From Mobula birostris (lineage: Eukaryota): a stretch of 64,000 nt of DNA. The position numbers and the translations under genes are program-made. Positions 37,086 to 49,130 of the stretch are shown here, one piece after another (the first letter of the stretch is position 1; each line of letters starts with the position of its first letter). The notes under the pieces were generated by a model. It saw only the letters and a program-made list of their open reading frames with translations. It did no database searches and was not told where the DNA came from. The DNA lies in the NCBI RefSeq assembly GCF_030028105.1, contig NC_092373.1:138514278-138578277 (forward strand). Reading direction: 5' to 3'.

Positions 37086-37984
37086 CAAGTCCGTTAGTTA
37101 TATTAAAAGGAAAGGATGCACTCTGCAGTGATTGACCAGTACTAGATCAATTAGCACTGTATCAGGGAGTGGTGCAGAAGGGTAAGGTTTTGTTGTCTAC
37201 GCTATGAATCCTTGTAATGTGAGTAAGGCTTTAGCAGCAGTTGGCAAGATCAACATTTCCTTCGTTTGTTATTCATATGATTCATTCCCAAACAGCTTTT
37301 AAATGTCAGGTAGTATGTTGTTGCAAATGTCATTAAGGTGACTTATGCATTTGTCATTATGGCCCACGATATTACCATGTTGTTATCACCTTTCCCACTG
37401 AGCAGTGTAATTTACAGCCCCAAAACCCATGCTCAAGAGTGCATTTCTGAAGGTTTAGCAGAGTACTGAATACAGCCATGAGCCCAACCGAAAGCCCTTG
37501 GACAATGTCAGTGCTTTGCATTATAAATATGTATTTTGATAAATTGTCTCTGCCAATTTTATTGCATTATGCTGAACAACTGATTTAACATGGAAGCTTC
37601 TGCTAAGCATCATCTTTCACCAGAAATTGTCCGAGTGAACCCAAGGTCATAGAATTTTAAAGTCCAATATTAATTGAACTCCATGGCCTAGGAAGTGGTA
37701 TGCTTTGTGAATCAGTTTTGCAGTTTGCAAAATTCCAGTACACAGCCGCAGACAATCAAAGCTTGGCACACTAAATGTGCATGACGTCGTGCTGTCGATC
37801 GTTCAGCATTTATTTTGTTCTTTGGCAATTGAATTTGGGTTATGTTCTTCTCTTAGAAAGTACAATGACTACAGAAAGAAGCTTCTTTATGTGGCACTCG
37901 ATTCAGCTGAACTATTTAACAGGACTTTCACTCCTGTAGCACACGTTATCATGTATTCAGTGAGGTTATATACAACTGTCTACT

Positions 37985-38410
37985 TACACCCCACTGAGCA
38001 CATTTACAAGAAATGCCAGAAGAAATCCGCATCCACCATCAAGAACCCTCACTATCCAGGCCACGCAGAAGCCTGATGTGCCACACCATCAGGTTCAGGA
38101 ACACTTATTAACTTCACTCACCTCAACTCTGAACTGATTCTACAACCTGCAGGCTCACTTTAAAGACTCTACAACTCATGCTCTCAATATTTATTTATTT
38201 ATCTTTTTATCAAACCATCTATTATTTGCAGAATTTGTCTTCTTTTGCACATTAGTTGTTTTTTCTGTCCTTGTACATGAATAGTTTTCATAAATTCTAC
38301 TATACATCTATATTTTCCTCAAAATGCCTGCAATAAATGAGTCTCAAGTTAGTATATTGTGACATATACAGTATGTACTTTGATAATACATTTACTTTGA
38401 TTTTGACTTT
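37985..38410 (+). mobile_element. Rex1-type LINE 3' fragment
   Basis: EHIYKKCQKKSASTIKNPHYPGHA; tail tttactttgattttgactttg; resembles the reverse complement of 2990-3400. Confidence 0.7.
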
Positions 38411-38939
38411 GTCTACTTTAAATATTAATCAGTTTGCATAGTTGGACCGTATCCTCAGTGTAGTTCCAGATGGAGCGCACAATTTTGGGACATAATTGCT
38501 TCCCTCTCTTTTTGTGGGTTCTAACTCCTGTCTGGTATAGTTGAATACCTTTATGGTGTTTGTCACAGGATGACGAGGAGCCCAGTCAGCAAGGCCACTG
38601 AGATTTTCAGAACGTCATTTCAGGGCTTGCACCACTCTAGGCAAACTAGCAATACCCTTAGTTTCACAACTAGCATTACTGATAATAGTGTTTTATTTCC
38701 AGATTGACTACATTAAATTTCTTAAGTTCCTGCATGCATTTGAACTAAGACTTTCAGGTTATCAGCACTGGTCTCTGAATTGCATACTTCATGAAAGTCT
38801 AAATGTAATCTTTTCCTTGTTGTATTCAGGCCACTGTAGTCTTGATTTCAGTAATCTCCTAGAGTAATATAACCTTTTGCGAACTCTGCCTACCTCCAGT
38901 GTGAGCCTTCTACACATTCTATATTTTTGTTGGCTCAGC

Positions 38940-39145
38940 TATCCAGTTCCCAAGCTTTGGAATTCCCCCATTAGATCTCAAATGTTCTCTCTTCTTTTAA
39001 AACATTCCTTAAAATTACACCTGATCATCTTTTTTAATGTCTCTCACTTTTTCTCTGCATCAATATCTTTGACTGATTATGTTCCTTGATATGCCTTGGG
39101 AGGTCTTATAACATCAAGCATGCTATATAAATGCAAACTGTTGCT
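38940..39145 (+). mobile_element. L2-type 3' end relic
   Basis: ccaagctttggaattccc (PKLWNS), FKTFLK-like segment, and end tgctatataaatgcaaactgttg. Confidence 0.45.
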
Positions 39146-40638
39146 CTGTCAAGATAAAATTTTATTTCTTTTCAGTAATTTACATTGATCCTTTTAGGAA
39201 CGAACCCTCAGACTGTTGCTACTAAAAGAATAATTTGTCTATCATTCCTTTTTTTCAATCAGTTTTGCACACCTTTTGCACATTCTTTCATAACATTTAA
39301 TGCAGAGAAGAAAAGCATGGCCCTTAGTAGTAAATATTTGATGGAATTCCGAATGGAGCCATTTGGATGAGGGCTGTGTGACAGGTAAGATATAAACTTG
39401 AGATGGTTTACTACCTGAGGGGAGATAAATCTTGTCTAACAATGGAAATATGAGATTGCTAAATGATGCTGGCTCGAGACTGCTGAACAGAGTATTGAAT
39501 CTGATCTTAGATGAAATGTATTTGGCTTCAACCTGTAACACTGATGGAATGACAGAATATGTCATTTGAAACTTTAATGAGTCTTGAGGCTGTTTCCTTC
39601 TGTTCATCAACATAGAACCTTATGAATTGGACACAATTTTATGAAATATTGCCAAAAAGAACATAGTTGATTAGTGAATCTGTACTTTGCTATTTACCTG
39701 ACAATGAGAAGACCTATTTCACAATGTTAGAGTGCAGACTGGATATTAGAAAGATCACAATGAACAGCTTCTATCTGAATGACTGTCTCTCTCAGAAACA
39801 ACTGGTACTCGTAAAAAAGTTAGAAAAGGTAGTTATTTCCTTGTAGTAATGGTGTACAGATTATGCTTTATACAGTACACTTCTTTGTGGTTAATCTGAA
39901 TTCTACTGAAAAACCTCAGCTGTGATTGTGTGATAATTCTCAGCTAGTAGATCCAGTGCAGAGGGTATACAAGATACAAGCTCCCACCTCAGCATTATAA
40001 GAATAGTATCAAGTCAAAGCCAGCCCATGCTCTTACTGACTTCAGTGCTACCCACAATGCCAAACCTTGTGATTAGTCTATGCCAGTGGAAATGAGCTGG
40101 AGCTGATAGTATTCATGCTTGACAGAGAGATGTTTTGAAATGACATCCAATGGAGGAAATCATATTCCAGCAAATGGACAAGAGAGGGTACGCCAATCTT
40201 CAGACAAGACATTGGATGCTTTGGTTAATGATGTGGAGAAATACTTTACCCACTGGGTTGTGCCCAGTCCATTGGGATATTGATAGTCCCATAAGCACTG
40301 GAGGAGGTTATTTATGATTTCAATCAACAACTTCTGTTAAGTGTGTAGCATTAGCTTGTAACCTCCATTCATCCTTCTGCCTTTTTGCTTTCAATTGTTA
40401 TTGTTTCCCACCTGACCACATGCTGACCAAGTAGCTGGAGGGTGAAGAAATTCAACAAGTTGTTAACTAAGTAGCTTTTCTCTATAATAATGTAGTTAAA
40501 ATAATTGAAGTATGGCAAAAAAAAAGTGTTTAGAAGATAATAAAAAAGTGAAAAGGAGGTGAGCTATAATAATAAAAAAATGAAAACATTTTAGTATTGG
40601 AGAGAAAAAAATCCTTGAGAGCTTAAATGCTGAATTGC

Positions 40639-41752
40639 AAACACGAGAAGATCTGCAGATACTGCAAATCCAAAAGGATATGCACAAAATGCTAGATGAA
40701 CTCAGCAGGTCAGGCAGCATCTATGAAAAAGAGTAAACGGTCGAACTGTCACGGTGAAACCCTTCTTCAGGACTGAGAGGAAAAGGACGAGATAGTGGAA
40801 TTAGAAGATATATTTAGTTGATAGTGATAAAGTCCCTCCTGGCCCTACCTGCCACTCCATCAGCTTCCGCATCCAACTCATTATCCTCCACAGCTTCCAC
40901 CATCTCCAAAAGGACCCCACCACTAAACATATTTTCCCCACCCACCCCCAGCTTTCCACTTGGATCACTCCCTCTGTGATTCCCTTGTCCATTTGTCCCT
41001 CCCTGCTAATCTTCCTCCATGCAAGCAGCCTCAGTGCCATGCTTGCCCATACACCTCCTCCCTCATCCAGAGGCCCAACCAATCCTTCCAGGTGAGGCCA
41101 CACTTCACCTGCGAATCTGCTGAGGTCGTCTGTTGTGTTCAGTGCTCCTGATGTGGCCTCCTTTATATTAGTGAGACCCATTGTAAATTAAGGGACTGCT
41201 TTGTTGAGCATCTTGGCACCTTCTGCCATATGCCGTACTTCTCGGTGGCCAAAGATTTTAATTCTGATTCCCAATCCTTTTCCATTGTTGATCCATGGCC
41301 TCCTCTTGTGCCAAGATAAGGCCAGCCTCAGGGTGGAGGAGCAACACCTTGTATTCTCTCTGGGTAGCCTCCAACCTGATGGCATGAATATCGATTTCTC
41401 CTTTTGGTGAAAAAAATATTACCCCACCTCCTTTATTCCCCACTTTGACATTTTATTTCTCATCTGCCTATTACTTCCCCCTGGGTCCCCTCCCCACTTC
41501 CCTTTCTCCTATTGTCCACTCTCCCCTCCTATCAGATTCTTTCTTCTCCAGCCCTTGACCTTTTCCACCCACCCAGCTTCACCTATCACCTTCCAACTAG
41601 CCTCTTTCGCCATCCCCACCTTCTAATTCAGCTATTTTGTCCCTTCCCTCTCAGTTCTGAAGAAGATTCTCGACCCAAAATGTCTACTATTTATTCTTTT
41701 CTGTAGATGCTGCCTGACACTCTGAGTTCCTTCAGCAGTTTGTGTGTGTTGC
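40639..41752 (+). mobile_element. Penelope-like element with inverted terminal copy
   Basis: Left ~150 bp is an inverted terminus with tail and hammerhead (40738-40775, minus); body encodes CKQPQCHACPY...FTCESAEVVCCVQCS*CGLLYISET (GIY-YIG region); sense hammerhead relic at 41652-41689. Confidence 0.88.
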
Positions 41753-41937
41753 TTTGAATCACTGGCTTTGCTTTGCACCACCTTATGTACATACAACCAC
41801 TCTATGTATATAACAGTTACTTGTACATTGTATTTTGTAGGATTGCTTATATATTTGTTTTTATTGTGGGTTTTTTTGTGTTCTTTATGCTTATTCTGCG
41901 TTTTTATGCTGCATCAATTCTGCAGTAACAATAATTT

Positions 41938-42318
41938 TAGAACATAGAACATAGACCATAGAAACCTACAGCACATTACAGGCCCTTCGGCCCACAATGT
42001 TGTGCTGACCATATAACCAACTCTAGAAACTGCCTAGAATTTCCCTACTGCATAGCCCTCTATTTTTCTAAGATCTATAGACCTATCTAAGAGTCCGTTA
42101 AAAGACCCTATTGTATTTGCCTCCACCACTGTCACTAACAGTGCATTCCATGCACCCACCACTCTCTGTGTCAAAAACTTACCCCTGACATCCCCCTTGT
42201 ACCTACTTCCAAACACCTTAAACTTTGCCCCCTCATGTTAGCCATTTCAGCCCTGGGAAAAAGCCTCCGCTCACGATCAATGCTTCTCATCATCTTATAC
42301 ACCTCTATCAGGACTCCT
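41938..42318 (-). mobile_element. CR1 3'-end fragment
   Basis: ORF 42034-42216 (FLTQRVVGAWNAL); tandem tail seen as agaacatagaacatagaccatagaa. Confidence 0.85.
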
Positions 42319-42925
42319 CTACATCCGCTCCGTCCGCCACAACAAACAGGATCTCACAGTAGCCACCCACTTCAACTCTGCTTCCCACTCCCATTCAGAT
42401 ATGTCCATACATGGCCTCCTCTACTGCCATGATGAGGCTAAACTCAGGTTGGAGGAGCAACACCTCATATACCATCTAGGTAGTCTCCAGACCCTTGGTA
42501 TGAATGTAGAATTCTCCAACTTCCGGTAATTCCCTCCCCCTCCCTTCCTCTATCCCTATGTCACTCTGCCCCCTCCCCCAGCTGCCTATCACCTCTCTCA
42601 TGGTTCCACCTCCTTCTACTACCCCTTGTGTTTTCCCCTATTCCTTCTTCACCTTCCCTGCCTATCACCTCCCTGCCTCCCCTCCCCCACCCCTTTATCT
42701 TTCCCCTTACTGGTTTTTCACCTGGAACCTACCAGCCTTCTCCTTCCCACCGTCCCCCCACCTTCTTTATAAGGCCTCTGCCCCTTTCCTACAGTCTTGA
42801 TGAAGGGTTCCGGCCCGAAACGTCGACCGATCTTTTCCACGGATGCTGCCCGACCTGCTGAGTTCCTTCAGCGTGTTGTGAGTGTTGCTTTAACCCCAGC
42901 ATCTGCAGAGTATTTTGTGTTTATG
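42319..42925 (+). mobile_element. Penelope-like 3' fragment (best-preserved terminus)
   Basis: End of GIY-YIG ORF (VATHFNS, LEEQHLIYHLGSLQTLGMNVEFSNFR*), pyrimidine-rich UTR, hammerhead and tail. Confidence 0.9.
42792..42829 (+). ncRNA. Minimal type I hammerhead ribozyme motif (C3U variant), PLE-associated
   Basis: CAGTC-TTGATGA-AGGG-TTCCGG-CCC-GAAA-CGTC-GACCG: core boxes, stem II GGG/CCC, stem I with one mismatch, GUC cleavage triplet, palindromic ACGT in place of stem III. Confidence 0.72.
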
Positions 42926-43289
42926 ATACCAATGTGCCCAGTTGGAGGCAGGTAGTAAACAGGAAAGGTGGCACTAGTGAGAAAAAATAATTGATATATA
43001 CAGTACATAGAAACAGATGCTACTGATGAAAAGTTATACAAATAACTTCCCAAAATCTGAGCAGCACGTGGAGTAACAGCGATGAGAGATGAGATGAAAA
43101 TTGATAAAAAGGAGGTAGTAAAATGGTTGGATACGCGAAAGGTAAATGGGTCACTAGCCATGGATGTGATCATTCTAGGTAAGAAAATGGTGTAAATGTT
43201 ATTGAAGAGCTTATGATCTTCCCATTAGATATGCCACAGGTGGAATTTGGATGTAAAAATTTTTCAGGCAACTCCATGCCTGTCAGTTT

Positions 43290-43520
43290 AATTCTGGTTG
43301 CGAGGAAGCCTTTGTAAACAGAAATCTGTGAAAACAATAATTGGTACTTGGGAAAATTTGAATTAATAAAGGAAAGCTAGCACAGATTTCTTAAAAGCTG
43401 GTTAAGTCTACATAAACTGAATTTTTTGATGCAAGAACCAAGACATTTTAAGAAGAAAATTCAATAGATGCTGTCAACATAAATATTTTTGGTGATGTAT
43501 ATAGATTGTTGAAAGAATGC
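43290..43520 (+). mobile_element. Very old CR1 RT relic
   Basis: Remnants resembling ESQHGF-K...L-EFFD. Confidence 0.35.
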
Positions 43521-43947
43521 ATTCAAGGTCAATGTCTAATGTTGAAGGACCTGATCTGAATTTCCCTTAACTTCAGATTTAACTTCAGCTTTCCAATAAT
43601 AGAGGTTTTGTTTTAAATCATCTCCAATTTTAGCATATGTTCACCAATATTTTTACAATATATTACAACTGAAATCTATTTTTTAGTTTTAAACCTTATA
43701 TTCAAAACATTGCTAAAATACTCCAATTCAAAATATTAATTTTTTTAATACAAATTTTCCATGGTTTAGTTCAGACTCACGAAGTGACAGAATCTGTGCC
43801 ATGACTGTTAACTAATCCACAGGCCAGGATTAATAACTAGTCCAATGACTAGTTATTTGAAAGTTTATATGTATTAAAAGATTTGCTGTGAAGTTATAAT
43901 AAAGTATAGCTTTGGAATATGTCCAGAATAGACTGACAAAAAGGATT

Positions 43948-44012
43948 GAGTTCCTATGGTGTTTTGTGTGTGTTGCTTTAGATTTCCAGCATTTGAAGAC
44001 TTTCTCCTGTCT
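43948..44012 (+). mobile_element. PLE tail fragment
   Basis: gagttcc...ttttgtgtgtgttgctttagatttccagcatttgaaga matches the other PLE termini. Confidence 0.65.
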
Positions 44013-44822
44013 GTAACAAAAAGGACAGTTCTTCAAAAATTCAGAAATGAATTTCAATGTATTGTAACACACGTCAACTGACAGGTGGGCAAACATGAAT
44101 TAGAAATGCTCAGCTCCTTAAACTAGGAAAAAATCCATTACTCTGGAATGAGATCTTCCAAAGTTTTCAGTTATGTTTATTTTCAAAACAAACATTCGGA
44201 CAGATTGTAACTTCTTAAAACAGATGGCAAAAGCTACAGTTTTGACATTGCTCCTCTGTCTTTCTTTCAGTTGATGCATGGATATTTTCTTAGAAAGATG
44301 ATGTTTTATACATATGTTCCATCACTGGGTTGATTCAACTTTAGTTAATGAAGACACGCTGCTTTCTGTGTTAATATGCAAACAGTGGTTTGACCTAAGG
44401 GAGGTGCCAAAATAAATCTTAGGTTTGGTCCTTGACTGCTGAGAATTTCATAACCACAGCTTTCTCAGTTGTTTATTCAGGCTCAAAACCAAGAAATGGG
44501 AAGTCATTGTTTGAGGTTTGGTGCTAAATACTACTAATGAAAAATATGGTTTTAATTCTTTCATAACTAATCATACACCTGATCGACTCTGCAACTGCTT
44601 TTTCAAAGCTGGACAATTTTCTGGTGATGCACAAGAATGAAATCAATATGGTTGGTGGTTTCCTTCCACTGATTTATTTAACTCTTTGGCACAGAACTTG
44701 TCACATCGACCTTGAATATTTATCTGCATTTCCATTAACCCATCTCCAATTCAGTCCATTTATCAACCTCATGTAACTGCAAGTAGCACTCTATGTTAAA
44801 CATTAATCCATACAATCGAATA

Positions 44823-45641
44823 TAGTGGACTGTAGTTAATTGGGCCACCAGTTAATCGGTGAGCAGCTTATTTGGAACAATTCTTAAAGAACAAAAACTA
44901 ATCAAGAAAATAGCTGGGAGACCCTTCATTTATTTGAGACACTATGCCGCTTAATTGGGGACGGAGACAGTTTCCACACAGTTTCTGACTTGCATCCAGA
45001 TGCATGCACTTGTATGGATGTTAGAAACTACACCATGCTTAGAGCGCATAGTTTTTAAATAGTATCAGTCGCATGCGCTTTTATTCAAAATGCACTGATT
45101 TTTGTCACTAAGAGTCAGCGAGAAACAAGCAGTAAAATAATTCTGAACTGTTTTGCTCACTGTGGTTTCAAGCATTCAGGTTTGGAGATGCTAGGAACGG
45201 CCGATTGAAAACAAAACTATTTCACTATTTCAACAAGTTAGAAACTACAAGAATTTGAAGGTATTGACAGACAACTTGGTGCTACAATGAAAATGAAGAT
45301 TTGGAGGATGCAATCATCGATAGCATTCTATGAAGGTAATTCATTATCTGCACTGATTTTGTTCACTTACAGTCAGTCAAAACAATGCGTGCACTGAATG
45401 AATTTCTCTGTCAATAACTATTAGGAATTAATACACAGTTTAATAGTTCTGTAGTTGTATTGACAGAGTTATAACTTGTTTCTGTATTTCATTTAACTAC
45501 ATACTTGTTACTCAGTTAAATGATAGTTTGTCTTTTTATATCTTTTTAACTAGTGCCATGAAACTTTGGCTAATTGGGGCAGCTGCTTAATTGGCCAAAA
45601 TGTACTGGTCCTGATGTGTCCCTGTTGATTGAAATCCACTG
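44823..45641 (+). mobile_element. Non-autonomous pogo/Tigger DNA transposon derivative
   Basis: Degenerate TIRs (TA|tagtggac... and ...aatccactg|TG); subterminal ttaattggg repeats; internal IILNCFAHCGF, resembling the pogo/Tigger transposase C-terminal NCF-xx-GF motif (~45136-45168). Confidence 0.75.
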
Positions 45642-46164
45642 TGTTTTTATTGCAGACTCATGACTTGATTTGACATAGAGGTTGAAGTATTCATGTTAAA
45701 ATTTCACCTTTTCCTTCATTAACTCAAAAAAAGTTGAGCTTCCTGTTTCAATGGTAGAATGATTTTTATTATGTTACTACCTCAACTGCACAATTGTCTG
45801 AAACAAAAAACAGTGGATTAAACTAAATTTTCCATCATGTCCCACTGTTGTCATTCACTAAATACTTTTCTAAAAGCGCATCATCCTAGTGAAGCTGATT
45901 AATGCACCTCTGGATCAAGCAAAATCAGGGAAAAAATACAATCAAAATCATTTCCTGCAGAAAATCCATGTGTTTAGGTGTAATTACTCGAAACTGTCAT
46001 TTGAAATTATAACACACACAAGAAAGACACCTCTATATTGTGCTGTTATGTCTTGTCATATGTTATTCCGCTGCTCATTCACACCACCAAGCGCCACATC
46101 ATATCCTCATCCCTCTTGCACACAAACTGATTACTGGCATAAATTAATTTCTCTAATTTACAAT

Positions 46165-46565
46165 AATCTTCCACTCCCTTCTTCTCTCTTTTCCCCATTC
46201 TCGTTACACTTTCATCCCTTCTCTGTTTCTTACCTTCCTATCACCACCCTTTGTTTCCCCTCCTTCTTACATTTCTTCCATTGTCCACTGTCTTCTCCTA
46301 TCAGATTCCTTCTTTTTCAGCCCTTTACCTTTTCCATCTTTCATCCCCTTCCTCTACCCATCCACTTTCTCTCTCACCTGGTCCCACCTATCTGGCTTGT
46401 ACTCCCTCCCCTCCCCTCCCTTCTTATTCTGGCCTCTGCCCAGCCCCGATGAAGAGTTTTGGTGACCGTTCATTCCCCTCCATAGGTGCTGTCTGACTTG
46501 CTGAGTTTCCCCAGCATTTTGTGTATGCTGCTCAGGATTTCCAGCAGCTGCAGAATGTTGTGTTT
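46165..46565 (+). mobile_element. Penelope-like 3' UTR and terminus fragment
   Basis: Pyrimidine-rich UTR (cctatcagattccttctt), partly deleted hammerhead at 46441, tail ttccagcagctgcaga. Confidence 0.75.
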
Positions 46566-47309
46566 ATTCATAGATACACTCATGTTATCGCTCTCTCTTC
46601 CACATACACATTCATCCTTGTTGGAAGTCCATGCAGATTAAGTCAGAAACTTTGTTTAGACATTTCATGTTAGTGGTGCCCTTGAGATGTCAACTATATT
46701 GAGTCTGTTTCTAGTTTACAAGCTTGGAACATACTTGTAAGCCCCTGGATGATAGCCAAATATTTGATGTGTCATGCTTTATGGTGCTTTTAAACATGCA
46801 GCCAATGTTCACCAGAGTGAAAATGCAGGAGCAACAATTAATGTCCTATGCCCACAGCTTTCCTGATGTTTCCACTTTATATATGAGGATATATCATCAA
46901 GTATAGCATGAGTTGATACATTGATATCTCTTTTAGCATAAACCAACATCCCGCACTTTCATCTCCTGCCATTTGAAGAACAAGTTAGAACATTACCATA
47001 TCCTAATATTTCCCAAGTAAAGGAACCACATGGTGAGCTGCGAGTTACTTCTTTACTAACTCCAGTCCTAGCTTACTCACAAGTCCTAAGCAACCCTTCT
47101 TAAATCACCAGTCAGCAGTAGGGGCTGGAGCTCCCTGTAAACTTCCTTTCTCCTTCCTTCTCCCTCCATATTCCTAAGAAGACATGACATAAGTAGCAGA
47201 TTTTATACCTTAAGTCAATTAACATAAAAGCATGAAAACTAGGAGCCCTACAGCTCATTGAGCAAACATCAAGACCATGGACTTCCACCTCAGCACCATT
47301 TTCCAGTGC

Positions 47310-48420
47310 ATTCAAGATCACTTGATTCCCTTAATACTCAAACGTCCCTCAGTTATAAATGAACACAGTCACTGAGGTCCCTCTGGAGCTAGGAGCTACA
47401 AAGATTCAGTTGCATCTGAGTGAAGAAATCTCTCCTCATCTCAGAAACTCTTCTTCTTAATCTAAATTGTTGTATCCTTACTCAGAGCAAGCAGTGAAAG
47501 TTAATATTCCTTCTGGCATTTAGCCTGTTCAGTCCTTTAAGAATTTGTAACATTTCAATAGGTTTCCCATTTTCTCTAAGTTCTAAGGAATACAGCCCTA
47601 ATGAACTTAGGCTCTTCTCATACACCAAACCCGTCCCTAGAATCTGTCCAACACTTCCTTTCCCAAATAGGGAGACCAAAGCAGTTTACCATATTTCTGG
47701 TATAGTCCCACCCAGGACTGATATAATTGCTATAAGACTCCATTGTTACTGTAGTTGAACCCTCTCATAATAAAGGCCAACATGCCACATGCTTCACAAA
47801 TTATTTCCTACATTTGTCCTGAGTAACTTGTGTACAATGGATCGCCATCCCTTTAAACATTAGTAATACACAATCTCTCAACATTTAGCAAATATTCTGT
47901 TTTTTTGTTATGTGCACCAAAGTGATAGGCATCAAAATTTTCCCCAATATATTCAATTAGTTAAATTCTCACCCATTCATTCTGATGGCCTACATCCCTT
48001 TGATGTCTCATTAAATCATTCTGGGATATGCATCATCAGATCCGGGGGATTTAATAAGTTTCAAATTCACCAACTTTCCTCGAACTATTTTCTTACTAAC
48101 ACTTACTTCCTCCAGTTTTTCATTGTCACTAGACCCTTAATTCTCCAATGTACTTAATTCTCTAAGTACTGCTGAAGGGTCTTGGCCCAAAATGCCAACT
48201 GAACTCTTTTCTATAGATGCTGCCCGGCGTGCTGAATTCCTCCATCATTCTGTGTGTGTTGCTCTAATGTACTTAGTAGTTTTACGTATGTTTCTTTTTC
48301 TATGAAGATAGAGGCAAATTGATTGTTTAATTCCTCTACCATTTTCTCATTTCTCATTATATACATGTGACTTTGTCTGTAAGGAACTCATGTTTGCCTT
48401 TAATAATCTCTCCTGCTTGT
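47310..48420 (-). mobile_element. Old CR1 LINE fragment
   Basis: ORF 47482-47679 (LGLYSLELRE, LQILKGLNRL); interrupted by a PLE insert. Confidence 0.62.
48157..48265 (+). mobile_element. PLE terminal insert with 10-bp TSD
   Basis: aatgtactta at 48147-48156 and 48266-48275; hammerhead relic at 48164-48201. Confidence 0.78.
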
Positions 48421-48654
48421 TCTGTCACTCAAAGTGATTGTGAATAATTTGTGATCAAATTCCTCTCAGCCATTTTCCTCCTTACACATAGAACATGTTC
48501 CACATCCCTCAATATTCTTGGTGAAAATAAAAATCTCAGATTTAAAATGAATAGAAGATCCAACATCAAATCTTTTTTTTTGTGGAAGCGTTTCAGGCTT
48601 CTACCATTTTTTATATGTTGAAGTATTTACAAATTTAATTTCACACAAGGACCC

Positions 48655-49130
48655 TGTCATGAACACTTCAGCCCAGCGTGATGTGTCAGTTGTGAGTGGT
48701 GTGTGAGTGTCAGGCCTCAGCCCTCCAACGCACCTCAACATCACAGATTTGTTTTAACAAAAACTTGTTAAGTGACTGGCTTAGTTGTTAAGTTTTTCTT
48801 GTATTTTTTATGATGCTTATTTTTTGAATGTGAGTTCCTCAGGCATCCAGATTTTAGTTTACTGAATTTTGATTTTGATATGCTCAGGGTTCCGGTACTA
48901 TATGCACTATTTAAGTTTGTCATCACTAGTGTTCATTGCTGAGTCCTGAATAGGGGTTCCAATTGAACTAAAGTTCTGTGTACTACAGCCCTCCTGAGTA
49001 AGTACTCCCTGGGTCATTTGTTATTCGTCTGTTACAATATGTTCTTTGAATAAATCCTTTTCATTTCTTTCTATTTTGAGTCTCGAGTTTACTCCACGCC
49101 TGGGTTTGTTTGCTTCAAAATCTCATTACA
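48655..49130 (+). repeat. 5' LTR of the Gypsy element
   Basis: TGTCATG...CATTACA termini, aataaa near 49049, homologous to 52651-52995. Confidence 0.85.

Noticed and set aside
45889-46452. 187-aa ORF as a host protein
   Set aside because: Its second half is the pyrimidine-rich PLE UTR, which is naturally poor in stop codons; no recognisable domain.
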